A stretch of DNA of 64,000 nucleotides from the human T2T-CHM13v2.0 reference genome, Homo sapiens: assembly GCF_009914755.1 (NCBI RefSeq), contig NC_060928.1; one strand, written 5' to 3'. The notes below the pieces were generated by a model. That model was not told the DNA's origin and did not search any database. It was given only the letters and a program-made list of their open reading frames with translations. Of the stretch, positions 1 through 20,623 are shown in pieces. How positions within the stretch are numbered: the stretch's first letter is position 1; each line of letters begins with the position of its first letter. The position numbers were made by a program, and so were the translations under genes.

Positions 1-1367
1 GCATGTTAAACATATAGTAAAACAATTGGAAAAACCTATGCATTTAACTTTTTGTAGTTTGTGTGTGTTTTATACTTGTCTCACATGCATGCATGTGCTA
101 TAAAAACAGTCAACAGGTAAGAAACTGGAGATGGTGGCTAGCTTTGATTAACATTATACATCTGTCTAAAAAAAGTTCCAGGTAATCTCTGAGTAAGATA
201 AACTATGGAAACCTTAATTACCAAACGTAAGATTCAGTTTATATTCTTTTGACTTCTTATTTTTATACGGTATAAGGGTATTAAAGATATTTAGTTCTGG
301 TAATAAACGTGTACTTTTTGACATATCGAAAAATTATACTGTGAGAAAATTCATACCAATAAAATTGTCATATAGTATAATTGTAAAGTTTGCTAGTTAT
401 CTACAGAATTCTGGTAAGCAACAGACAACTTACAAATGTCTACTGCCTAACTTTCTCTGTTAAGGAAAGATTACCAATGGTTAAAATTATAATCAACATA
501 TGAAAATAAAACTACTAAATATATAAGGGCAACAACTTAGTATAAAAAGTATGAAAGGAATATAAAGGTAGTTTTGATAAGAAAAAGTATATAAGGTATT
601 AAAAATGTGTTTAGGACAATAATTCGTCCTAAACTAAAACAATCGGTTGTTCCAGAATGAGAAGAAAGAAAAATACAGGACAAAAACTGAATATATATGG
701 AAAGTTAGAGAAGGTTTGTGAAAAAAAATTATTTGGCCAAATTGGCAAAGATTGAACTCATTTATTTACAACATTTAAAAAAAATTATGTTTATTATCAA
801 AAGTAGATTGATGCAAAACAAAAATTTGTCTTTTTTCTGTTAAAATTATAGCTTTATTGGATTACTGTTCCGATTACAGTATTATCTTAATAAAATGAGA
901 GACTGAAAGGTTTTATTTACCATTTAATTAATCTGCATAGGAAACCAAGATTTCTGTTCTATCAGATGAATTTCCTGTGCTTTATGTTAACCTTCATCAT
1001 GTTCTTAATTAAGAGCATGCAGACTGCAGTTTTCAAAAACTAATTTTTTAACATATTTTTTACAATTTTGTCCTTCCAAAATCAAATCCTAAATAAAAGA
1101 TTGTTGTTCTTGAACTGACATTGAGATTCCCAAGAGGACGCTGAATAACCTCAAACAATTTATTCTTTTGTTGTGTAAAAGAGAGATGTTACAAATAATT
1201 TGGTTTATTTGATATGTTAAATTGCATGAAAAGTGTTGTCAAATAAAAAAGATATTCAGCCTACTCTACATGATATTTGTCTGGGCAAATATTATTAATA
1301 CAGTTATTTCAGAAATTGTACAAAGTTCATAGAAATTTGTTAATGCTATACCTAGCCATGACACATC
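1..1367 (+). mobile_element. Decayed ERV1-class internal sequence (MER4/MER34-int-like), left part
   Basis: AT-rich non-coding sequence resembling MER4-group internal consensus; continues after the LTR12C; left boundary uncertain. Confidence 0.5.
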
Positions 1368-1371
1368 ATAG

Positions 1372-2809
1372 TGACAGCGTGCTGGCAGTCCTCACAGCCC
1401 TCACTTGCTCTTGGCGCCTCCTCTGCCTGGGCTCCCACTTTGGCGGCACTTGAGGAGCCCTTCAGCCCACCGCTGCACTGTGGGAGCCCCTTTATGGGCT
1501 GGCCAAGGCCAGAGCCGGAGCCGGCTCCCTCAGCTTGCAGGGAGGTGTGGAGCGAGAGGCGCGAGCGGGAACCGCGGCTGCGCGCGGCGCTTGCGGGCCA
1601 GCTGGAGTTCCGGGTGGGCGTGGGCTTGGCGGGCCCCGCACTCGGAGCAGCAGGCCGGCCCTGCCAGCCCCAGGAAATGAGGGGCTTAGCACCCGGGCCG
1701 GCAGCTGCGGAGGGTGTACTGGGTCCGCCAGCAGTGCTGGCCCACCGGCGCTGCGGTCGATTTCTCGCCAGGCCTCAGCTGCCTTCTCGCGGGGCAGGGC
1801 TCCGGACCTGCAGCCCGCCATGCCTGAGCCTCCCCGCTCCGCCTCTGCGGGCTCCTGTGCGGCCCCAGCCTCCGCGACGAGCGCCGCCCCCTGCTCCACG
1901 GCGGCGCCCAGTCCCATGGACCACCCAAGGGCTGAGGAGTGCAGGCGCATGGCTCGGGACTGGCAGCCAACTCCACCTGCAACCCCGGTGCGGGATCCAC
2001 TGGGTGAAGCCAGCTGGGCTCCTGAGTCTGGTGGGGACGTGGAGAACCTTTATGTCTAGCTAAAGGATTGTAAATACACCAATCGGCACTCTGTATCTAG
2101 CTCAAGGTTTGTAAACACACCAATCAGCACCCTGTGTCTAGCTCAGGATTTGTGAATGCACCAATGGACGCTGTATCTAGCTACTCTGGTGGGGACTTGG
2201 AGAACCTTTGTGTCCACACTCTGTATCTAGCTAATCTGGTGGGCACGTGGAGAACCTTTGTGTCTAGCTCAGGGATTGTAAATGCACCAATCAGTGCCCT
2301 GTCAAAACAGACCACTGGGCTCTACCAATCAGCAGGATGTGGGTGGGGCCAGATAAGAGAATAAAAGCAGGCTGCCTAGCTAGCAGTGGCAACCCTCTAG
2401 GGTGCCCTTCCACACTGTGGAAGGTTTGTTCTTTTACTTTTTGCAATAAATCTTGCTGCTGCTCACTCTTTGGGTCCACACTGCCTTTATGAGCTGTAGC
2501 ACTCACTGCGAAGGTCTGCAGCTTCACTCCTGAAGCCAGCGAGACCACCAGCCCACCGGGAGGAACAAACAACTGCAGACGCACCACCTTAAGAGCTGTA
2601 ACACTCACCGCCAAGCCAAGGTCTGCAGCTTCACTCCTGAGCCAGCGAGACCACGAACCCACCAGAAGGAAGAAACTCCGAACACATCCGAACATCAGTG
2701 GGAACAAACTCCGGACACGCCGCCTTTAAGAACTGTAACACTCACCACGAGGGTCAGCAGCTTCATTCTTGAGGTCAGTGAGACCAAGAACCCACCAATT
2801 CCGGACACA
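1372..2809 (+). mobile_element. Solo LTR12C (ERV9/HERV9 LTR)
   Basis: Starts TGACAGCGTGCTGGCAGTCCTCACAGCCC, ends CCACCAATTCCGGACACA; GC/CpG-rich U3; tandem CCAATC/GTATCTAGCT units; repeated U5 units; 4-bp TSD ATAG at 1368-1371 and 2810-2813. Confidence 0.96.
2020..2450 (+). promoter_or_regulatory. ERV9 LTR U3 enhancer/promoter (NF-Y CCAAT and GATA repeats, TATA-like AATAAAA, polyA signal)
   Basis: Repeated CCAAT and TATCT motifs 2050-2330; AGATAAGAGAATAAAAG at 2351-2367; AATAAA at 2445-2450; matches the known ERV9 LTR layout. Confidence 0.75.
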
Positions 2810-2813
2810 ATAG

Positions 2814-3300
2814 TATAATGTTACCACTAATAATTTCAATTGTTATGCCACAAAAATAACTGGAAATATAACCTGTGATGTCATAAACCAAATATTTTGT
2901 TAAACTCTCATCAGATCTTTAACCATGGCGATTTAAAGCTATTTGTCATCAAGAAATAATTTTAATTTTATTCTGATTTTTCCCTAAAAGTTCTTGTAAT
3001 TAACTACTAGCCAAAGTGCTTCATTTTTAACAAAATGTGACTGTCTCAGAAACCACAGACAGAACTATGACAGTTAATCTGGAATACAGGCTTCTGATGG
3101 CATTGCTGAAATAACTCTGAGAACACACCACTAGACTGTACAGACTTCTAGAACTACAATAGAGAAACTAATCAGTTCATCAAGTAGTTAACCCAAGATA
3201 AAGCAGAACAAGAACTAGTTACATGGGACTGAATGAACTGATGAAAAATGATTGTGATTTTTATGCTTCCTTGGTATATAGCTGGTTCTTTAAAGATCTA
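2814..3300 (+). mobile_element. Decayed ERV1-class internal sequence (MER4/MER34-int-like), right part
   Basis: tatgccacaaaaataact...ctctcatcagatctttaaccatggc...gaatacaggcttctgat motifs recalled from MER4-group internal sequence. Confidence 0.55.
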
Positions 3301-4329
3301 GGTTCTAAATATATAATAGACCCCATTTGCTATATTTATGAATACCAGATAATTATGTATTTTAGACTTACTACATCTCCTTAGCCAGCAAAGCTTGAAG
3401 GAATTGTGAGAGTTAATTCAGTTTGTCCATTGGGAATCCTGTGGACTTGCATCTAGAATTCAAATTTGAATTTCAGTTTTGAATGTCATCACTTACCTAA
3501 AGGACTGCTGAACTGGAAATATGTAAACATTCTGTTTCAGAATAGTGATATGATAAGTGTTTACTCCAAAGATTTTAAAAGTTATGTTTCACTACAATCT
3601 TTATTCCCTTTTCATATTTTCTTTTAACTCTATTTGATTAAGGAAACACCACAGTGCTATTTGAAGTCTCTAATTGTATAAGAAGTTGATAGAAATGCTC
3701 AGTCAGTATGTCATCGTCGCAGAGATATATTTTAAGCCTCTAAGAGGCCAGCAAATACCAGATACTCTCATTTTGTACGTAATTTTCAGTTTCTGCAAGA
3801 CTCTGGCCCATTTATGCAAAAAACTTCCTTATTAGGATAACTACAAAGAAACGAAATATCTGTGTATCTAATTTACAAAAATAGAGCAGGTAAAACTAGT
3901 TAAATATTATCACATATGAATTTGAATCTTATTATAATGTTTATTTGCCATATATTGTCAGTGAGATCATGTTTCATTAACTTGGTGCCACTTTTCTACC
4001 TCTAATGTCTCTGAAATCTTCATATAGAGATAGCAATGTAAAAATCAAATTGGAAGTGTTATTCTTTCTTAGTCTTACATAATAGTGCATTTAAAACCCA
4101 ATGACATCTTAGAGTCAGTGAAGTCTGCTATTATTCTGAGACTTTTCAGGAGCAATTGCTATAATATTAATAACAATAATTTTTAAAACCTCACTGGGTT
4201 TGGGAGATGAGGCTTCTTTTTCCAGCCATGATGGGTTCATATGGAATTTATTTATCCTTCTGCTTGGAACAGTTAAACACAGAACAAAGTATGTGAGACA
4301 AGTGTTTGTAAACATTGGACAGTAAATAG

Positions 4330-4800
4330 CACAAGGCAGTTATCTCTTAGGTAAAGTATCACTTAAGCCGTAGAGTTGTCCCATTTTACTGCCTGGAGAG
4401 AGTTCATAGGACACAGCATAGGGAGAGTGAACCCAAACATATTCCTGCAGGCTCCTCAATTGAGGATACAGAGTTGAGAATTTTGGGAGAACAAAGTAGC
4501 TGGAATGCACAAGCCAGAGAACTGAAAAACAGAAAAGAAAGGCATGAACAAGAGGAAGATACAGAGAGAGAGCTCCAGAGATTACTTACCTATTCTTCAG
4601 CTGATTGGTAATCCACACATATGTATTCACTGAGATGCCTGGTTGGCAATGTTGGCCATTGGAGTCCAAGGAGGCCAATTTACCTTTGCCTGTAAAGGGT
4701 GAAGACTAATCCCCAAGTTTCAAAGCTAGGAAGATTGGTCACAGTGGACTAGGGAGCTGGTCAATAAAAGATTTAGTGGCAGGGAAAAGCTATAAGGTCA
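4330..4800 (+). mobile_element. Old L1M 5'-end fragment
   Basis: ttactgcctggagagagtt...gagagagagctccagagat...ttcagctga resembles L1M (MC/MD-type) 5'UTR. Confidence 0.5.
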
Positions 4801-5250
4801 TTGATAGGATATTGGTCTTGGGAAAAGGAGATTCTGAACTGGTATCGTGTGCTTAATTTAAAAAAAAAGTTGTATGTTAATGTAGTTAAAACTATTTGGG
4901 ACACAATGTTTGACTCTTAGAAGATAGATACAATACCACATGATATAGTAGCCTGGTAACAATGAGAAGCAGTGGGGGGCTGTGGGTTAAGGAAAATGTC
5001 TAGACCTCCACAACTGGTTTCAGGGACCTTCTGGTAATTGGGGCAGAAGGTGTGGTCAGTGATACTAGATGAATGGATAAAAGCCTCCAGAAATAAGTGA
5101 AAATGTTTTAACTAGTTAGCACTTTGATTTGTTCAAGTGCATCATCACAGTTATGGGTATACTCCTAGATTTGAGTGATGTTATATTAGATAATTTCTTT
5201 GGCAGACCTTATGAGAGTAAGAATTGAGACTTTTTATAGGAATAATTAGG

Positions 5251-6499
5251 TTTTTCTTAAACTTTGATTTTAAGTTTGGGGTACTAGTGCAGGATATGCA
5301 GTTTTATTACATAAGTAAACACATGTCATAGGGGTTTGTTGTACAGATTATTTTATCACCCAGGTATTAAGCCAGCCTAGTACCCATTAGTTATTTTTGC
5401 TGATCCTCTCCCTCCTCCCACTCTCCATCCTCCAGTAGGCCCCAGTGTCTGTTGCTTCCCTGTATGTATCCATGAGTTCTCATCATTTAGCTCCCACTTA
5501 TAAGTGAGAACAGGTGGTACTTGGTTTTCTATTCCTGCATTAATTTGCTAAGGACAATGGCCTCCAGCTCCAGCCATGTTCCTGCAAAGGACATGATCTC
5601 ATTCTTTTTCATGGCTGCATAGTATTCTATGGTGTACATGTACCATATTTTCTTTATCAAGTCTGTCACTGATGGTCATGTGGGTTCATTTCATGTCTTT
5701 GCCTTTGTGAATAGTGCCGCAATAAACATAAGTGTGCATGTGTTTTTAAAATAGAACAATTTATGTTCCTTTGGGTATATACCCAATAATGGGATAGATG
5801 GGTCAAATGCTATTTCTGCCTCTTGGTCTTTAAGGAATGTTCACACTGTCTTCCACAATGATTGAACTTATTTACACTCCCACCAACAGTGTATAAGTGC
5901 TCCTTTTTCTCCACAACCTCACCAGCATCTGTTATTTTTTGACTTTTTAGTAATAGCCATTCTGACTGGTGTGAGAATCATTGTGGTTTTGATTTGCATT
6001 TCTCTAATGATCAGTGATTATGAGCTCTTTTTCATATGCTTGTTGGCTGCATGTATGGCTTCTTTGGATAAGTGTCTGTTCCTTCTGTTCCTGTCCTTTG
6101 CCCACTTTTTAATGGGGTTGTTTTTCTTTTTCTTGTAAATTTGTTTAAGTTCCTTACAGATGCTGGATATTAAACCTTTGTCAGATACATAGTTTGTAAA
6201 AATTTTCTACCGTTCTGCAAGTTGTCTGTTTACTCTGTTGATAGTATCTTTTGTTGTAAAGAAGCTCTGTGGTTTAATTAGATATCATTTTTCAATTTTT
6301 CTTTTGTTCCCAGTTGCTTTTGGCATTTTCATTATGAAATCTTTCCCCATGCCTATGTCGTGAACGGTATTGCCTAGATTGTCTTCCAGGGTTTTTATAG
6401 TTTTGAGATTTTACATTTAAGTCTTTAATCCATCTTGAGTTAATTTTTGTATATGGTGTAAGTAGGGGGTCCAGTTTCAATTTTCTACATATGGCTAGC
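5251..6499 (-). mobile_element. L1PA (about PA11-PA15) 3' end: 3'UTR and ORF2 C-terminus
   Basis: T-tract, then 3'UTR gtacagattattttatcacccaggtattaagcc; ORF2 peptide [26 protein letters not shown] on the minus strand. Confidence 0.9.
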
Positions 6500-7132
<633 letters not shown>

Positions 7133-7140
7133 AGACTGCT

Positions 7141-8314
<1,174 letters not shown>

Positions 8315-9250
8315 AGACTGCTTTTTTTAAAAGGACCCCCAATCCCGTTCCTCCTAAGCGAGACCTCTCAACCAGGGCCCCTAGCCAGCTCTGACAAGTG
8401 AGTTCGGGCTGGCCACAGGTCTGTACCCCACTGTGATGGAGCTCCCAGAGGAAGGATAAGGCTGACATCTTTGTTGTTTTGCAGCCTTCTCTGGGGATAC
8501 CTCCAGGTAGTGGAAAATCAGAGACAACTAGGGACTAGAGTGGACACTCAGTGAACTGCAGCAGCCCTAAAGAAAAGTGGCCAGACTTACAAGAAAAAAA
8601 AAACAAAAACAAAACTCCATCCGAAGGTCAGAAACTTCAAAGATTGAAGGAGGGTAAGCCCACAAAGATGAGAAAGGATCAGCACAAGAACACGGAAAAC
8701 TCAAAAAGTCAGAGTGCCCCCTCTTTCCTCCAAATGACTGCATCACCTCTCCAGCAAGGGTTTAGAACTGGGCTCAGGCTGAGATGTCTGAAATGACAAA
8801 AGTGGACTTCAGAATATGGATAAAAACGATCTTCACTCAGCTAAAAGAGCACATTGTAACTCAATGCATGGAAGCTAAAAATCATCATGAAACATTGCAG
8901 GAGCTGACAGACAAAATAGCCAGTACAGAGAAGAACATAACTGACCTGATAAACCTGAAAAACGCAATACATTAATTTCATAATGCAATCACAAACGCAA
9001 GTATTAATAGCAGAATAGATCAAGTAGAAAGAATCTCAGAACTTGAAGATTGTCTTTCTGAAATAAGACAGGCAGAGAAGAATAGAGAAAAAAGAAAGAA
9101 AGGGATAAACAAAACCCCCGATAGATGTGGGATTATGTAGAGACTGAATCTATGGTTGATATACCTGAAAGAGATGGGGAAAATGGAACGAATTTGGAAA
9201 ACATATTTCAGGATATAATCCATGAAAACGTCCCAAACCTGGAGGCCAAC
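8315..9250 (+). mobile_element. L1PA8-16 5'UTR end and ORF1 N-terminal region (continuation of 6500-6810)
   Basis: ORF1 start MRKDQHKNTENSKSQSA; coiled-coil region; ends in the ORF1 IFQDIIHENVPNL motif. Confidence 0.85.
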
Positions 9251-9679
9251 AATAATTTTTATTGAGATTTCGGTGTGTATTACTAGCTAAATCCATATTT
9301 CTTACTTAGCTCTTCCTGTTGAAGCATTGTGCTAGCTTTTCATTATCATGCAAGAGTTCAAACAGTTAAGAAAATCAAAGTGGATTTTGAGGGATAGGAT
9401 TTAATTTTACACAAATAGGTTAGAGTTACCAGATAAAATTAAGAGTGCATTTATTACTTTACAACATTTTGATAATGAGGCAGAACCCTGGAAAAGGGAA
9501 TTTGCTACATTGCATAATTCCTAAGATAAATTATTCACTTCAGCTGACCCATTATCTTTATTTTCTTGTGACAGATGTCTTTTAAAAAATGTTCACAATC
9601 TTATATTTCCTCAGCTAAAATTCATGCTACAATGTAGATATATGCTTTCATTTTTCAAAAATAGCATTACTAAGGAAAA

Positions 9680-10735
<1,056 letters not shown>

Positions 10736-10737
10736 TT

Positions 10738-10924
10738 ATCTTTGCCCTTCCACCATGTAATGTTTCCTGCCATGTTATGATGCAGCAAGAAGGCCCTCAC
10801 AAGATACCAGGACCCTGGTCTTGAACTTCTCAGCCTCCATAGCTGTCAGCTATTAAATTTCTCTTCATTATAAATTTACCCAGCCTCAGATATTTTTAAT
10901 AACAGCACAAACAGACTAAAACAC
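10738..10924 (+). mobile_element. MaLR LTR 3' part (MST/MLT1A-like)
   Basis: gatgcagcaagaaggccctcac...aacttctcagcctcc...acccagcctcag...acagactaaaaca. Confidence 0.75.
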
Positions 10925-12800
10925 ATGGATATTTATTTTATGATTTAATTTGTAATTCAATACAATTTAATGTATTTTTTCGTCAAATTAATCCAGGTTT
11001 GGTCATTAGCATATTTTTTACTTAGCTTCGTTGTATCTTTGATATATTCCCATTCATTTTTTTTTCAATCCTTCTTACTTTTGGTAACTATGAGATATTT
11101 CAGACTCATCTTGTTTATTTCCTGGCCCAGTCCTAAAATCAGACATTTATCCATAGAGCCCTGGCTAACTTTATTGGAGAATAGTATTAGAAACCAAAAC
11201 CAGGGCACCAGAGATGCCCAGATCTCTACATATTTCTATATAAACCATCTGTATCTATATTAAGCTAAGCATTAGTTTATACTGATGTCTCTAACTTGAA
11301 TTCACTAACACATGAATCATTTTAGACTTGTCTTGTTATTTGTATCTTTTCACTCCAGCAGAAACATGAGGCTCCCCCAACTTTCAACATCCGTTTATTT
11401 AATTGTTCAATTCCAGTATACATGTATAGCAGTCTCAGACTTGTTAACCTATGTGCCCATAGGAAGCAAATTTACCAACTGGACTGTAGCATTTACATGC
11501 ATTTCCTTTTGCATTTAATCTACATACACATTCCCAGAGTTAGGTATGTCTACATCATTTACCCTAGCCCCTTCAGAGAGAATGTTTCTCATCTTAGTGA
11601 TATAGTTAGATTCTTTGGTCACAAACATTATTTATTCCTAATATGCCTCAACCTCATAAATATATACTTTTTGTTACATACATTAAGGTTCAGTCTTTGT
11701 GCTGTAAAGTTCAATTGGTTTTAACACATGCTTCATGTTATGAATCCACTGTTACAGTATCACACTGAATACATACATACATGCAGAATAGTTTTCCTTC
11801 CCTAAAAACCCTCAGTCCCGCACTTCATCTACTCAACCCTACCATCCTTTCCCTAAACCCTTGACAAGCACTTATCTCTTTACTATTCTTATATTTTGTC
11901 TGTACCAGAATATTATATAATGGGAATCATCCAGTATGCAGTTTTTTCAGGTTAATTTGTTTCATTAGGTAATATTCACTTAAAATTCATGTTTTTTTTG
12001 TGGTGGCTTGATAGCTCATTTATTTTTATTGTGTATAATATCTCATTGTATGGGTGTACCACAATTTGTTTATTTGTTCACTCATTGGAGGTTATACTGG
12101 CTGCTTCCAGTTCTTGGCAATTCTGAATAAAGCTTCTACAAATATTGACATGCAGGATGCTGTGTGGACATAAGTTTTCAAATCAGTTAGGTAAATACCT
12201 AGGTGCATAATTGCTCAGTTCTATGGTAAGGCTATGGTTGGCTTTAAAAGGAACTGTCAAACTGTCTTCCAAAGTGGCTGTATTATTTTGCATTCCCACC
12301 AGCAGGAATGCAAGTTATTGTTGTGCCATATCTTCACCAAGACTTAGTCAGCTTTTTTAAAAAAAAATAAAGTGCTATAAATAAAATAAAACTTTACATA
12401 TCTAATAAAATTTTTCTAGTGATATCTGGCTTTAACACATGCTTCATGTTATGCTGTTTATATTTGCAATTCCCTAATACTAAATGATCTTGAGCATCTT
12501 TTCATAGGCTTATTTTCTACCTACATATTTTCTTTAGTGAGGTATCTGTTCAGATCTTCTGTCCTCTTATTAATTTAATTTTTCATTTTCTTATTGGTAA
12601 ATTGTAAGTCTTATTTTTCTATTTTAGATTTGTCTTTATTAGATATGTGTTTTTGCAAATTTTTTTCTAATCTATTTCTTGTTTTCTCATTTTCTTAACA
12701 AAAAATTTAGAGTGAACATTTTTAATTTTAATGAGTGCCAATTTATTTTTTTCATAAATTATGTTTTTTAATGTTAAATCTAAAATGTTATTGCCAATAT
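10925..12800 (-). mobile_element. L1MC/L1MD 3'UTR and ORF2 C-terminus
   Basis: Long L1MC-type 3'UTR then aactgtcttccaaagtggctg...cattcccaccagca. Confidence 0.7.
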
Positions 12801-13270
12801 TAAAATTATTTTCTGAACATAATTTGAATGAGATTGTAGCATAAACCTATTCATAAATAAACTAAGCATTATATTGTTTTAGAGTTTATAAAGCAAACTG
12901 AAACAATACAAATTAAAATTTGAATCTCATCTAAAGTCAAAATACATTATTACGGAAAATCCATGTGAAATAATTCTTAATATTTTGAATACCAGATACA
13001 ATTTCTAAAAACTAATGTTAAAGCAAAGTATGTTGTCAGAGGATCTTGTTCTGAAAAATGAAGCAATATAGACCTGGCAATATTAGATAGACCAAATGTA
13101 ATAATGGGCTTCATTCTTTCCTTACATTATTGTTTTTAGGGAATCTCATCCAGGGCTATGTCTTTAAATAGTATTTGTAGACTGGTGATCCCTAAGTTAC
13201 AAACCAGTGTTGAATTCTTTTTGAACTCCAAATTCTTCCAGACACCATGGTATTTACATTGTAATTTTTC

Positions 13271-18005
<4,735 letters not shown>

Positions 18006-18469
18006 TACATGGTAATTTTTCTTTGATTATGGTTACATAACTAATATCACTTCATACATTTTATCAAGTGGCACTCTCAGGATTTGCCAAGGCTAACATC
18101 TCCTACATAAAAATCTGAGACATGTAAGAGTCTTTTCAAAAAAAAAATTCTGTATTTATGACCATAAGTTAAGTTCCAATTCTAGCTACAATGATAAATA
18201 AGTCTTTTAATATTCTATTAGAGTTATTCCACTAGAGATATTTGGTCAGAATAGTATTTGAAGAAATAAATTTTTAGCACCTCTCTGAGCAGGTATTTGG
18301 GAAAGGAAGAAACAGATGGTCAAAAAAGGACTCTGGATTGTGGTGATTCTTATGGTATTTAATTTTTTTTCTGTTTTTCAGCACTAAAGAACTTTTCATA
18401 GATCCACCTCTACCTTTACATTGACATTTCTTAATTTTTAGGAGATATATATATATATATATATATCCA

Positions 18470-19050
18470 TATATATCAATGTACAGAAATCATGAATGTG
18501 CCACTTGATAATATTTATGATGTGATTTTAGTTATATAACTATCACTCAAAGAAAAATTATCAGCCACCCAGCTCTTAAGGTCTGTCTCAGACAATACTC
18601 CAAAGTATAAGCACATTTCTGACTTCTAGTCCTATGAAAAAACTTTGTGGAAATGGAATTATATAGCATGTATTCTTTCATCTCTCTTTTTTCTTCAACA
18701 CTATGCCTGTGAAATCTTCTCATTTTATTTTATATCGCTGTAGCTTCTTTTGTAATGGCTGACTAATGTTTTTGTGTTTTCTACTATTGAAATTAAATGA
18801 GGTGTTTTGCAATTGATATTAACTAATGTGCTGTGAATATAATTTCATATGTATTTTGTTATAAATATATACAAATTTCCTAAAATGTATTCCAAGAAAT
18901 GGACTCAATGACACTCCTGATATGCATATATTCATTTAGCAAAAATAACAATTTTTAAAGATGTATTTACCAGTTTACACTATCACCAATCTCCATTTTC
19001 ATTCTTTTAAAGGCATGTGCATTTGAACTTGCATTGCTTTAAACCACATT
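18470..19050 (-). mobile_element. Ancient L1ME 3' fragment
   Basis: aaatggaattatatagcatgtattcttt...accagtttacact motifs; highly diverged. Confidence 0.5.
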
Positions 19051-19218
19051 ATACAGATAGCTACCAAGTTTTGCTTGTTGATACTAAAGCCCTACTAGAA
19101 CAATTTTAAAAATTAACATTTTTAACATTTTTATATTTTTTGTTACTTAAACTCAATACTGGTTCTTAATTTGTTCTTGTTTTGTTTTATATAGTAAGTA
19201 AATGAAATTTAGAAAATA

Positions 19219-19660
19219 TATTAATTAGCTGTTATAATAATGTTATTACAAAGAACCACGAAATCTCAGAGATGTATAAAAATCAGCACTTACTAGATCA
19301 CAAGTCTCAAGTTGGTGGGCAATTTGCTAATGTAGGGGGAGCCTGAATGGGTCTCTGCTGATCTTAACTCGGATTGGACTTAGGATTCTGCTCCAAGGGG
19401 ACTGTCTTTCTCCTACTGGGACCAATGGACTGGCCCAGAATATACTTTTCATAACAACTGCAGAGACTCAGGAGAACAAGCCCAAACACATAAGCACATC
19501 CCAAGCCTCTGCTTACATCACAAATGTGAACATCCCAGTTTCCAAAGCAAATTAGGAGTCTAAAGTGGGAGAGCTCTGAAAAGTTATATGACAAGGGATA
19601 TGATATTTACTCCTTTTTACTACAGAAAGAAGGAAGAGTTGAAATAGTGACAGTTTACAA
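19219..19660 (-). mobile_element. MLT1 (old MaLR LTR)
   Basis: aaatctcagag...caagcccaaacacataagcacat...aagcctctgcttacatcac pattern. Confidence 0.65.
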
Positions 19661-19799
19661 TTCAAGGTGGAAATTGGTATTTTTAATAGTTTAAATAGTC
19701 ACAAATACATTATTTATATGCTATTTTTTAACTATGTTTATTTTTTAAAAAATAGAAAAATACCACCATAACACATTAAATTAATATGATGTTTCCATG

Positions 19800-19903
19800 T
19801 ACATATATACACACGTATACATAAGTTATATATATATACACACATATACATATATATACACCCACATATACATACATATATATATGTGTGTGTATATATA
19901 TAT
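19800..19903. repeat. Compound (TA)n/(CA)n/(TG)n microsatellite
   Basis: Alternating purine-pyrimidine tract visible in the sequence. Confidence 0.9.
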
Positions 19904-20623
19904 AAAATCACTTATGCAGATTCTGAAAAAAATTAGTTAAGACACCAGGCTCCAAATATTTAAATTAAGTGACTATCCTATCATGTTTTATTCAAGAAGT
20001 AAGGCTTCAGTATACAAGATTTTAGAATTGACTCTTCATTTTGGCTTTCAGCTGTGTATTCAAATATGTACTGCTGATGGTGCTTCCCTTGTGACTGATA
20101 TTATGATGATGAGACTAAGAAGTGTCTTTCAAGAAATATTGTCTGACAGACAGTATCTTGATTAAGATGAGCTTTAATTAAGATAAATGAGGCTGCTTAT
20201 TCATCTGTTTGGCATCATGAGCCCTGAATCCTCAGAATAATGTTAAAAGTATTTAAAAAATTCCATTTTCTTATTGAAAACACAAATTAGATTTAGAGTT
20301 TGTAGCTTGCCCACCTGCACTGTAAGCATGGCCCTGTTAGAAAGCACTGATGCTGCAATTTCATTACAGTGATCTCTCAACAGAATGGACTTGCTGAGTA
20401 CAAAACAGCATACAGGGATGCCAGTCAGCAGGACTGGTTTTAGAAAAAAAAAATGTTTTTAAACAAGGTTAAGCCTAATTGGTGCTGATATGCTCTTCAT
20501 TTATTTTACAGTGTTATCATCTTTTCTGTATTAATTCATTCGTATTCTCCAAAGAAATGACACAGTACATTAAACTTTGACTTTCACCACTTGTACTTGA
20601 TTGGAATAACTTTTACTAGTATC

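Noticed and set aside
1371-2707. Overlapping 76-230 aa ORFs on both strands
   Set aside because: All lie within the GC-rich LTR12C, where stop codons are rare; low-complexity Pro/Ala/Arg products with no recognisable domain.
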